Shown here piece by piece: positions 8,243 to 16,773 of a DNA stretch of 64,000 bases (positions within the stretch are counted from its first letter, which is position 1; the number at the start of each line of letters is the position of its first letter). The notes under the pieces were generated by a model that saw only the letters and a list, made by a program, of their open reading frames with translations, did no database searches and was not told the DNA's origin. The stretch comes from Eggerthellaceae bacterium (GTDB lineage: Bacteria; Bacillota; Clostridia; Christensenellales; UBA1242), in assembly GCA_963602685.1 (NCBI GenBank), contig CAVCJG010000003.1, forward strand, positions 560 through 64,559, read 5' to 3'. The position numbers and the translations under genes are program-made.

Positions 8243-8782
8243 TCACGCGTTTGGTTTTGTTTTGTTAGATTTTTTCGGCAAACTAAATTTCGTCATGTCG
8301 ATTTTTTCACATTTAAGCAAATTTATTTTGTTTTCGATTCCGCCGCCATAACCTGTCAAGTTGCCATTTGCTCCAACCACTCTGTGACATGGAATTATTA
8401 TGCAAATTGGATTCCACCCAACAGCGCCGCCGACAGCCTGAGCGGACATCTTTTTTATGCCTTTTTCTATGGCAATGCGCTTTGCGATATCGTTGTAAGT
8501 TACAACCTGCCCGAAAGGAATTTCAAGCATGATTTGAGATACCTTTTGCCTGAATGGCGTAACATTTTCAAGTTTATATTTCGGAATCGTCTTTGGTGGT
8601 TTGCCGGCAAAATAACCATCCAGCCATTTGCTGGTTTCATCAAAAATTGGAAGTTCTTTAAAACATTTTTCATCAATTTTGTGGCAGTTTTTTGAATTGC
8701 AAAATTGCAATCCTAAAAGATACTGCCCGTCGCTTTCTAAAAGAAGGTCGCCGATTTTAGATTTGTAAATTTTTTGATACAT
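8243..8782 (-). CDS. ogt: Methylated-DNA--protein-cysteine methyltransferase
   Basis: The 179-aa ORF has the active-site motif IIIPCHRVVGANG, followed by GYGGG and a DNA-binding helix region typical of Ogt/MGMT. A GAGGA RBS is present. Confidence 0.9.
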   Translation of the reverse strand: MYQKIYKSKIGDLLLESDGQYLLGLQFCNSKNCHKIDEKCFKELPIFDETSKWLDGYFAGKPPKTIPKYKLENVTPFRQKVSQIMLEIPFGQVVTYNDIAKRIAIEKGIKKMSAQAVGGAVGWNPICIIIPCHRVVGANGNLTGYGGGIENKINLLKCEKIDMTKFSLPKKSNKTKPNA

Positions 8783-8835
8783 GTCTTTTGTCCTCTACAT
8801 CATGATATCACATTTCAAAAAAACAAAAAACTTTT

Positions 8836-9303
8836 TTACAAACAAGGCTCGTCTTTTTTTCTCTGACAACTTTTTTCGCCGCTTTCGCGTTTGACAATTT
8901 CGTCAAAGTCAGTTGTGTAATATGTGCGGCTGCTGTCATAACTAGAAAATCGATAAACAAGTTGCGTTCCATAGTATTCGTTTGAAACAACTCCCGTTTC
9001 TAAAACGCTTAGCCACAAATAGTCAGGATTGCCGCCAAAATGGCTTTCCATATGCGCAATTCTTTCGCCGTCGTTGTTGTAAAATTCATAGGCGTATTTG
9101 CCCGCTTTAACGCTGCAACATCTCGCTCCGGTTTCAAAATAATCCACCCAACTTGACTCTTTTAAATCGCCCAACAACCCAAAATTATTTCGGCCACTTT
9201 TAATGGAAGCAATCATTTTTCCTGTTTTTTTATTAAAAACGCATTGATTTTGCTCAAAAAAGTTTAAATTTTCATCTTTTTTTATAGGTTTTAAAAAATC
9301 CAT
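8836..9303 (-). CDS. Hypothetical protein (155 aa), likely co-transcribed with the ThyX-like gene
   Basis: An AAGGAG RBS overlaps the upstream stop, leaving a 10-nt gap after 9314. No family is recognised. Confidence 0.7.
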   Translation of the reverse strand: MDFLKPIKKDENLNFFEQNQCVFNKKTGKMIASIKSGRNNFGLLGDLKESSWVDYFETGARCCSVKAGKYAYEFYNNDGERIAHMESHFGGNPDYLWLSVLETGVVSNEYYGTQLVYRFSSYDSSRTYYTTDFDEIVKRESGEKSCQRKKDEPCL

Positions 9304-9313
9304 GACTTTCTCC

Positions 9314-10474
9314 TTAAATTTCTCTTTCCAAATTTATGCCTTCTTTAAAGGCGCATGGCGAAGTGCAAACATAGTCGCCGCTTGTGCATCTTGCACCTTT
9401 TAGATATGGCGAAATATAGTCGCTTACTTCTTTGTTTTTTGTGCTGAAATAATATTTCATCATCGTCATTTTTGTTTGTCGCATAATTTCAAGTTGAGCA
9501 CAAGAGCACAATCTTTCTTTGCTTTTTAAGATTAAGTTTTCGACTGTTCCTCTTTCGTTTATTTTTACAAGTTCTGCCTGTGGATGAAGTTTGTAAACTG
9601 TTTGCATATCATTAAGCCACTGTGCAACCAAAATCGCATCATCACGAAGAATTTCAGGAACGTAAAATTCGGTTGGCTCGATAAGCGACATTTCATAATC
9701 AAGAGTTCTGTGACGTTGAGCCTGCGCCAAAGAAGCAAAACTGCCTTTGTAATTTATGCTGTAATTTTCGCCAAACTCTTCACTTCGATCGCGCTTTGCC
9801 AAAAGCGAAAATGTGCGACCCTTTCTGTCATTCATAAGGTCTTGATCAAGCAGGTTTGCCTTTTTCAATTCATCAATCAATTTGTCTGCATAAGGTGCAA
9901 GATCTTGCAGCAACTGGCTTGTGCTGTTTTCTAAATCTTGCATCCAACCCGCCAAATAATTTAATTGACGATAAGAAGTGGTGTAAACCATGCAAGTTGG
10001 AGTGTAAACCGACAAAAAGTATCTCGCGTTTTCTTGCGCCAATTTTTTTATACGATTTTCGCTCATGAACGGGCCAGCGTTGCCATAACGTTTGCTGATT
10101 TCATCTACGAAAATATTGTACCACTTGTCATACAACTTTTTCTCGGTCTCGCTGCAATGATTCATGACTGTATAGCGCGCCGATTTTTCGCTTGTGGCAT
10201 AAACCTTTTCGTTGTTTATAAGCATCGCAAAAAGTTTTGGCACATCTTCAAGATAAAGAGAAACATATTCATGATCAAAAACGCTGTGGTGCCCGCTCCC
10301 CTTGGTTTGATTTGCTCTTTTTAATGTTTTTTCGATCGGCTCGTTTTCTAAATCTTGATAAGTTCCGGGCATATAGCAAACGCCAGCAACTCTTCCGCTA
10401 AACTGATTATAAGCGCTCGCGTCTTCGAAATTCTTTGGATTTGTCGATGTTTCGGCAATGATTTTTACTTCCAT
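9314..10474 (-). CDS. ThyX-family (flavin-dependent thymidylate synthase-like) protein, atypically long with displaced motifs
   Basis: The 386-aa ORF has an AAAGGAG RBS. GSGHHSVFDHEYVSL resembles the ThyX H..S..EH segment. ATSEKSARY matches S....S.RY. ENARYFLSVYT resembles E.AR..LP. The RHR triplet is missing at the canonical place (NEK instead) and appears about 150 aa later (AQAQRHRTLDYEMS). Confidence 0.6.
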   Translation of the reverse strand: MEVKIIAETSTNPKNFEDASAYNQFSGRVAGVCYMPGTYQDLENEPIEKTLKRANQTKGSGHHSVFDHEYVSLYLEDVPKLFAMLINNEKVYATSEKSARYTVMNHCSETEKKLYDKWYNIFVDEISKRYGNAGPFMSENRIKKLAQENARYFLSVYTPTCMVYTTSYRQLNYLAGWMQDLENSTSQLLQDLAPYADKLIDELKKANLLDQDLMNDRKGRTFSLLAKRDRSEEFGENYSINYKGSFASLAQAQRHRTLDYEMSLIEPTEFYVPEILRDDAILVAQWLNDMQTVYKLHPQAELVKINERGTVENLILKSKERLCSCAQLEIMRQTKMTMMKYYFSTKNKEVSDYISPYLKGARCTSGDYVCTSPCAFKEGINLEREI

Positions 10475-10499
10475 TTTTTGTCTCCTTTTTGTTTTTCTA

Positions 10500-10528
10500 T
10501 TGACATTATAGCAGCAGTTTGATATAAT
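10500..10528 (+). promoter_or_regulatory. Sigma-A-type promoter of the LysR gene (extended -10)
   Basis: TTGACA (10500-10505), a 17-nt spacer, then TGaTATAAT (TATAAT at 10523-10528). It lies 40 nt upstream of ATG 10569. Confidence 0.6.
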
Positions 10529-10568
10529 GTAAAATACAAAATTTTAATGATGGAGATAAATTTTAGTT

Positions 10569-11453
10569 ATGACAAATTACAACTTATACAAGACATTTTT
10601 AGTGGTTGCGGAAACAAAAAACATCACCGCAGCAAGTGAAATTTTGTATATTTCGCAGCCCGCTTTAACCTTAAAAATTCATCAACTTGAAGAGCAAATT
10701 GGTGGCGAACTCTTTTTAAGAAAAAACAAAGGCGTCGAACTTACACCCCTTGGTTCGTTGTTGTATGAAAAAATAAAGCCTGTTATCGCCGAACTTGACC
10801 GCCTTGAAAATCTTGGGCAACTTCAAAAAAATTTGGAAGATGGATTTTTAAGAATTGGCGCAAATTCATCAAACTGCAACCAAATTATCTCTAAATTTTT
10901 GATTCAATTCGCTCAAAAACACCCAAACGTGCGCATAACCATGCTGCGTGATTATGGCGAAAACTTGGTTGACAAACTTATAAACAACCAACTAGACATC
11001 ATTTTCACTGATTCATGCCAGACTCCAAGCGAAATAGTTTGCGCGAAAAAATTTCCTGTTGTTTATCAACTTATCGGCAACAAAGATTATTATGAAAAAT
11101 ATCGCCACCTGCCTTTAACCAGTCCGGCATTCCCTTTAAACGAACTTATTTTGCCCAACCAGAAAAACAATTCGCGAAAATTCATTGACAATTATTGCAG
11201 ACAAAACAACCTTATTTTCACGCCTAAATATGAACTGGACAATTACACCTTGCTTTATGATTTCGTCAAAAATGGGCTTGGTATGGCGTTCGTGAGCCTT
11301 GATTATTACATCGACAGCATAAACAAGCAAGAAGTATATCTGCTTTCAGAAAGCACAAAAATCAAAATGCGCGAGTTTTCGGTTTATTTAAATAAGACAG
11401 CCGCCAACCCTGCCAAAGATGAATTCATAAAAATTTTAAACTCTGAAAACTAG
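10569..11453 (+). CDS. LysR-family transcriptional regulator
   Basis: The 294-aa ORF has an N-terminal wHTH, YKTFLVVAETKNITAASEILYISQPALTLKIHQLEEQIGGELFLR, typical of LysR, and a C-terminal substrate-binding-type domain. It is divergent from the ThyX-like gene. Confidence 0.9.
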   Translation: MTNYNLYKTFLVVAETKNITAASEILYISQPALTLKIHQLEEQIGGELFLRKNKGVELTPLGSLLYEKIKPVIAELDRLENLGQLQKNLEDGFLRIGANSSNCNQIISKFLIQFAQKHPNVRITMLRDYGENLVDKLINNQLDIIFTDSCQTPSEIVCAKKFPVVYQLIGNKDYYEKYRHLPLTSPAFPLNELILPNQKNNSRKFIDNYCRQNNLIFTPKYELDNYTLLYDFVKNGLGMAFVSLDYYIDSINKQEVYLLSESTKIKMREFSVYLNKTAANPAKDEFIKILNSEN

Positions 11454-11496
11454 CCGCAATTAACATTTTTTCGGCGAATTAACATAAATATAAAGC

Positions 11497-12177
11497 ATGT
11501 TAGTAGCAATAGTTGGAGCCAGCGGAAAACTTGGCAGATGCGTAAAGGATAAAGTTTCAAAAAATCACAATGTCGCCGGCATTGACAAAGTCGATGCAAA
11601 ATTTGTTAGTCTCAGCGACCTTAGCGTTTGTCCCGAAGTGATAATTGACACTTCAACACATCAAAACTCTATAAAAAGCGTTGAATATGCGTTAAAAAAC
11701 GGCATTCCGATGGTCATAGCCTGCACGGGGCACAGTGATGAGGAATTAGCCTACATCAGGGATAGCAGCCGTTTTATCCCTATTTTTCTCGCTTATAACA
11801 TGGCATATGGCGTTCAAGTTTTTAAAGAAGCAGCCGAATTTATTGGTTCGCGGTTCGATGGCGACGCTGCGCTGCACGAAATTCACCACAAATATAAAAA
11901 AGACGCGCCAAGCGGCACAGCAAAAGAAATCGAAAGCATATTTAACAGCATGGGCAAACCAATGCAAGTGACCAGCGCGCGCGGCGGCACTGTTGTCGGC
12001 ACTCATGAGCTGTCGTTTTATGGTGACGGCGAAAGCATCACTCTCACCCACACAGCTCAGTCGCGAGATGCGTTTGCATCAGGCATCGAAAAAGCCGCCG
12101 AATTTATCGTAACAAAGCAAAGCGGACTTTACAACATGAAAGATCTTGTCTGCCATGCTCCGACAAATGAATTGTGA
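11497..12177 (+). CDS. dapB: 4-hydroxy-tetrahydrodipicolinate reductase
   Basis: The 226-aa ORF has an N-terminal Rossmann motif VAIVGASGKLG. The signature EIHHKYKKDAPSGTA matches the DapB E.HH..K.DAPSGTA motif. It ends at a TGA stop. Confidence 0.85.
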   Translation: MLVAIVGASGKLGRCVKDKVSKNHNVAGIDKVDAKFVSLSDLSVCPEVIIDTSTHQNSIKSVEYALKNGIPMVIACTGHSDEELAYIRDSSRFIPIFLAYNMAYGVQVFKEAAEFIGSRFDGDAALHEIHHKYKKDAPSGTAKEIESIFNSMGKPMQVTSARGGTVVGTHELSFYGDGESITLTHTAQSRDAFASGIEKAAEFIVTKQSGLYNMKDLVCHAPTNEL

Positions 12178-12183
12178 TTTTAT

Positions 12184-12213
12184 TTGACAACAAAGTCTTG
12201 TTAGTTTTATAAT
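12184..12213 (+). promoter_or_regulatory. Sigma-A-type promoter placed for a leaderless transcript of the RNHCP gene
   Basis: TTGACA (12184-12189), an 18-nt spacer, TATAAT (12208-12213), then only 6 nt (cttaat, no SD) before ATG 12220. Confidence 0.55.
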
Positions 12214-12219
12214 CTTAAT

Positions 12220-12555
12220 ATGAAAACATTTACATCACTTGACGAAGGATTTGTATGCAAAGTATGTGGAACTACAGTTCCGCCGCTCAAATACTCTTCC
12301 CGCGACCACTGCACAAATTGTTTATGCTCACTGCACGTTGACAACAACCCTGGCGACAGAGAAAACGACTGCCACGGCGTGTTAGTTCCAGTAGAAGTTA
12401 GCCCTAGCAGCAAAAAAGGCTATGTTATTGGCTATAAATGTTCAAAATGTGGACAAAGGCACAACAACAAAGCCGCCGCTGATGACAACTTTAAAACCTT
12501 GCTTAGTGTAATGAACATGACATATGATGTCAATAAATACAAAAAGGATGAATAA
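12220..12555 (+). CDS. RNHCP domain-containing zinc-ribbon protein
   Basis: The 111-aa ORF has CKVCG...SRDHCTNCLCSLHVDNNPGDR...C.G...CSKCG, which matches the RNHCP-domain pattern (RNHCP.CL.S.HVD..PGDR) with four Cys pairs. Confidence 0.75.
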   Translation: MKTFTSLDEGFVCKVCGTTVPPLKYSSRDHCTNCLCSLHVDNNPGDRENDCHGVLVPVEVSPSSKKGYVIGYKCSKCGQRHNNKAAADDNFKTLLSVMNMTYDVNKYKKDE

Positions 12556-13094
12556 TGAAAATAGCAAACAAACAAGACAGTTTTAATCAAATCAAAAAAT
12601 TGGGGCTCAATCGCGTTCCTGAAATTATAGCGACAAAAAACGATAAACAAAAAGTTGAAGAATTTTTTAACAAATACAAAGCCCCTGTTTATGTGCTTCG
12701 CGATGTTAAGCACGCGATGGGAAAAACCTATTTTATTCATGACAAAGACGAATGCTTTAAGCACATCGACGAATACAACGACTTTTTCTCACTTGCCGTT
12801 TCAATTAAATCCTATCCGGGCAGAGTGCTTACAGGCGACATATACATTTCTGGCGACAATGTCGAACTCACCTATTCAACCGACCCAGAAGCGACATCGC
12901 GCACGCTTGATCAATCAATATTTGCAACGATTGACGACGACCGTCTTTGGGATGTTCCAGGATTCAGCGACCTTATAAAATACGTAACCGCCAACAATCT
13001 TTTGGACGTTATTGTCGAGTTTGCAGTGTATAAATCTGGCGTAGGAACAAAGAAAGAAAAAGTAGTTATTGTAGAACTTAGAACAGATTATTAA
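12555..13094 (+). CDS. Hypothetical protein (179 aa), translationally coupled to the RNHCP gene
   Basis: The start ATG overlaps the upstream stop (TAATG at 12553-12557). No family is recognised. Confidence 0.7.
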   Translation: MKIANKQDSFNQIKKLGLNRVPEIIATKNDKQKVEEFFNKYKAPVYVLRDVKHAMGKTYFIHDKDECFKHIDEYNDFFSLAVSIKSYPGRVLTGDIYISGDNVELTYSTDPEATSRTLDQSIFATIDDDRLWDVPGFSDLIKYVTANNLLDVIVEFAVYKSGVGTKKEKVVIVELRTDY

Positions 13095-13160
13095 GCAAAT
13101 TTTTCAAATCAATCTTTTCTCAATTTAATCTCAAATTTAAAAAATTGATGAATTTAAACA

Positions 13161-13188
13161 AAAAAACACGCAATTTTGCGTGTTTTTT
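13161..13188. terminator. Bidirectional intrinsic terminator (convergent 179-aa gene and rpoC)
   Basis: The sequence is aaaaaaacacgcaa-ttt-tgcgtgtttttt. The stem is flanked by an A-run and a T-run and lies 15 nt from the rpoC stop at 13203. Confidence 0.75.
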
Positions 13189-13202
13189 CTTTAATTATTA
13201 AG

Positions 13203-16200
13203 TTATTCTGCAACTTCTTCATCTTTAACGATGATTGGCATAACTTCACGGTATTCTCTAACACCTGTTCCGGCTGGAATAAGTTTTCCGATAATAACGT
13301 TTTCTTTAATACCTGCAAGAGTATCAACTTTGCCTTTAAGCGCTGCATCTGTAAGAACACGAGATGTTTCTTGGAAAGATGCTGCTGAAAGGAATGATTC
13401 TGTTGAAAGAGATGCCTTTGTGATTCCTTGAAGAACTCTCTTTGCTGTTGCAGGGATTCCGCCTTCTTGAAGCACTCTGTCGTTTTCATCTTCACATCTG
13501 TAAATGTCAACAAGTTCGCCAGGAAGAAGGTTTGTATCTCCTGAAGATTCAATCTTAACTTTCTTAAGCATTTGACGAATGATAATTTCAATGTGTTTAT
13601 CGTTTACGCCTACATCTTGTCCACGGTATGCACCGATAACTTCAGTAAGAAGATATTCTTGAAGGCCTTTAAGTCCGCGCAATCTAAGAAGATCAGATGG
13701 GTTGCAAGGTCCTTGTGTGATTTGGCTGCCAGGTTCAACTGTGTCGCCATCTTTAACTGCCAAAACAGCAGGTTTCTTAACTTCGTATTCTTCGTCTCCG
13801 TCTTTAGAAATAACAGTGACAATATAATACTTAGCGTCTTGTTTGATTTTAACTTTTCCGGCAACTTCACTAAGCACGCATTCCCCTTTTGGACGACGCG
13901 CTTCGAAGATTTCTTCTACTCTTGGAAGACCTTGTGTAATATCGGCAACGACAGCAGATCCGCCTGAGTGGAAGGTTCTCATAGTAAGCTGTGTACCAGG
14001 TTCACCGATTGATTGAGCAGCGATGATACCAACAGCTTCGCCTTTTTGAACAATGTTTTTGCCTGAAAGGTTACGTCCGTAACATTTAGCGCAAACGCCG
14101 TGTTTGCATTTGCATGTAAGGAGTGAACGGATTTGAACTTTCTTAATTCCTGCTTCTTGAATTTTTGCAGCTTGTTGTTTTGAAATCATTTCATTTGCAG
14201 CAACAATAACTTCGCCAGTTTTAGGATCAACGATATTGTCAACAGCAACTCTGCCATAAATTCTTTCTGCAAGGCTTTCTTGAAGGTTTCCGTTGTGATA
14301 AAGATCACTAACCCAAACACCTTTAACCGCTTCACCAAGATCTGCAAAGCAGTCGTCAGTTGTAACTACAACGTCTTGAGCAACGTCAACAAGTCTTCTT
14401 GTCAAATAACCTGAGTCGGCTGTTTTCATAGCTGTATCCATCAGACCTTTACGAGCACCACGTGCTGAAAGGAAATGTTCAACAGGTTGAAGACCATGAA
14501 TAAAGTTTGATCTAACAGGAACATCAATCTTTTGTCCAGAAGCCGCACTCTTAAGACCAACCATGCCGCACACTGAGTTAAGCTGTTGAGCTGATCCACG
14601 CGCGCCAGATGCGATGATAGTTTTAAGTGGGTTTCCGTCTTTAAGTTCGCTTAATGATTCCCCTTCAAGTTTCTTTTGAACTTCTGCCCAAACTGCAACG
14701 TTGTCATCAATACGTTCGTCGTTTGTGATAAGTCCACGTTTGAACAATTTTTCGTTTTCAAGAACTTTTGCTTCTGCTTCAGCCAAGTATTCTTTCTTAT
14801 GAACAGGTTCTGTTCCGTCAAACGCGTTGATAGTGTTTGCAATAAGAGTTGAATATTTGTAACCTAAGTCTTTAAGGTTGTCGATGAGGATTGAACAGTC
14901 AGTAGTTCCAAGTTTATCATAAGCAACAGCAATAAGATTTTTAAGGTCTTTTTTGCTGATAAGTTTATTGCTTTCAAGTTCGCAATAGTTTTCTTCTTTA
15001 GTTCTGTCAACTAACAAGCCTTCTGGAAGGATGCTGTTGAAGATGAGTCTTCCTACGCTGGTAGTGATACGTTTTGCGTATGTTTTGCCGTCAACTTCTT
15101 TTTGAATTCTAACTTGAATTTCCGCTTGAATGTTTACAGCACCTGTTTGATAAGCAATCATTGCTTCATCAATAGATCCAAACACACTCTTTTCGCCTTT
15201 CTTTCCAGGAAGGATTTGTGTAAGTGAATAACATCCGAGAACAACGTCCTGTGTAGGTGTAACGATAGGTTCACCATCTGCAAGTTTCAAGATGTTGTTT
15301 GATGCAAGCATGAGAGTTCTTGCTTCGGTTCTAGCATCGATTGAAAGTGGAACGTGAACAGGCATTTGGTCACCGTCGAAGTCGGCGTTGAATGCAGGAC
15401 ATGCTGATGGGTGAAGTTTAATAGCTCTACCTTCAACAAGCACTGGTTCGAATGCTTGAACAGAAAGTCTGTGAAGTGTTGGAGCACGGTTAAGAAGAAC
15501 TGGGTGTTCTTTAATAACTTCGTCGAGAACGTCCCAAACAACAGGTTTTTCACGTTCGATCATGCGTTTTGCGCTTTTGATATTGTTTGATTTGTTAAGT
15601 TCGATTAAACGGTTGATAATGAAAGGCTTGAAAAGTTCAAGAGCCATTTCTTTTGGAAGTCCGCATTGATACATTTTAAGTTCTGGTCCAACAACGATAA
15701 CTGAACGTCCAGAATAGTCAACACGTTTTCCAAGCAAGTTTTGTCTGAAGCGGCCTTGCTTTCCGCCGAGCATTGCAGTAAGTGATTTAAGGTCTCTTTG
15801 TTTTGAACCTTGAACAGCTTTTCCGCGTTTTCCGTTGTCGATAAGGTTGTCTACGGCTTCTTGGAGCATACGTTTTTCGTTTCTGATAATAACTTCAGGT
15901 GCACCAAGTTCCATAAGTTTTTTAAGACGGTTGTTTCTGTTGATAACACGACGGTAAAGGTCGTTAAGGTCTGAAGAAGCATATCTTCCGCCATCAAGTG
16001 GAACCATAGGGCGAAGTTCTGGTGGAAGCACTGGAAGAACGTCAAGCACCATCCATGTAGGATCGTTTCCGCTCTTCAAGAAAGATTCAACAACATCAAG
16101 TTTTTTGATGGCTTTGATTCTTCTTTGACCTTTCATTGTTGGAAGGCCCTCTTTAAGTGTTTCACTTTCCTTTTTAAGGTCTACTTGTGAAAGCAATTTT

Positions 16201-16730
16201 TTGATTGCTTCAGCGCCCATGCCTGCTTCAAATGAACCATATCCATATTTTTCGATAGCATCGCGATATTCTTTGTCTGTGATTACTTGTTTATAAACAA
16301 AGTCCGTTCCTTTTGGGTCGATAACAATGTAGTTTACATAATAAACTACTTGTTCGAGAGCCTTTGGAGTAAGATCAAGCAAAGTTCCGATTCTTGAAGG
16401 AACAGATCTAAAATACCAAAGATGAGTAACAGGAGCAGCAAGTTCGATGTGACCCATTCTTTCTCTTCTAACCTTTGCACGAGTAACTTCTACCCCGCAC
16501 TTATCGCAGACAACACCACGATAACGGATTCTTTTATACTTTCCGCAGTGGCATTCCCAGTCTTTTCTAGGTCCGAAAATCTTTTCACAAAAAAGACCGT
16601 CCTTTTCAGGCTTCTGAGTACGGTAGTTTATTGTTTCAGGTTTAGTTACTTCACCGTGAGACCATTCTCTGATCTTTTCCGGTGAAGCAATGCCTATTCT
16701 AATTGAATTGAAGTTATTGAGTTCAAACAT
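13203..16730 (-). CDS. rpoC: DNA-directed RNA polymerase subunit beta'
   Basis: The 1175-aa ORF has the zinc motif [23 protein letters not shown] and the catalytic NADFDGDQM. Trigger-loop and bridge-helix regions are recognisable. It lies directly downstream of rpoB. Confidence 0.98.
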   Translation of the reverse strand: MFELNNFNSIRIGIASPEKIREWSHGEVTKPETINYRTQKPEKDGLFCEKIFGPRKDWECHCGKYKRIRYRGVVCDKCGVEVTRAKVRRERMGHIELAAPVTHLWYFRSVPSRIGTLLDLTPKALEQVVYYVNYIVIDPKGTDFVYKQVITDKEYRDAIEKYGYGSFEAGMGAEAIKKLLSQVDLKKESETLKEGLPTMKGQRRIKAIKKLDVVESFLKSGNDPTWMVLDVLPVLPPELRPMVPLDGGRYASSDLNDLYRRVINRNNRLKKLMELGAPEVIIRNEKRMLQEAVDNLIDNGKRGKAVQGSKQRDLKSLTAMLGGKQGRFRQNLLGKRVDYSGRSVIVVGPELKMYQCGLPKEMALELFKPFIINRLIELNKSNNIKSAKRMIEREKPVVWDVLDEVIKEHPVLLNRAPTLHRLSVQAFEPVLVEGRAIKLHPSACPAFNADFDGDQMPVHVPLSIDARTEARTLMLASNNILKLADGEPIVTPTQDVVLGCYSLTQILPGKKGEKSVFGSIDEAMIAYQTGAVNIQAEIQVRIQKEVDGKTYAKRITTSVGRLIFNSILPEGLLVDRTKEENYCELESNKLISKKDLKNLIAVAYDKLGTTDCSILIDNLKDLGYKYSTLIANTINAFDGTEPVHKKEYLAEAEAKVLENEKLFKRGLITNDERIDDNVAVWAEVQKKLEGESLSELKDGNPLKTIIASGARGSAQQLNSVCGMVGLKSAASGQKIDVPVRSNFIHGLQPVEHFLSARGARKGLMDTAMKTADSGYLTRRLVDVAQDVVVTTDDCFADLGEAVKGVWVSDLYHNGNLQESLAERIYGRVAVDNIVDPKTGEVIVAANEMISKQQAAKIQEAGIKKVQIRSLLTCKCKHGVCAKCYGRNLSGKNIVQKGEAVGIIAAQSIGEPGTQLTMRTFHSGGSAVVADITQGLPRVEEIFEARRPKGECVLSEVAGKVKIKQDAKYYIVTVISKDGDEEYEVKKPAVLAVKDGDTVEPGSQITQGPCNPSDLLRLRGLKGLQEYLLTEVIGAYRGQDVGVNDKHIEIIIRQMLKKVKIESSGDTNLLPGELVDIYRCEDENDRVLQEGGIPATAKRVLQGITKASLSTESFLSAASFQETSRVLTDAALKGKVDTLAGIKENVIIGKLIPAGTGVREYREVMPIIVKDEEVAE

Positions 16731-16773
16731 AACTTTCTCCCTTTTATCTTTGTCAAAATCTATCTAAATTAAA

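Noticed and set aside
8159-8695. 178-aa plus-strand ORF antisense to ogt
   Set aside because: The opposite strand encodes an unmistakable Ogt with the PCHRV active site. The antisense product is F/C/W-rich nonsense.
11497-12177. Mycoplasma/Spiroplasma genetic code (TGA read as Trp), given the low GC, the lipoproteins and the giant surface genes
   Set aside because: dapB ends at a TGA exactly where the family ends. All conserved genes (rpoB, rpoC, uvrA, uvrB) are full length under the standard code.
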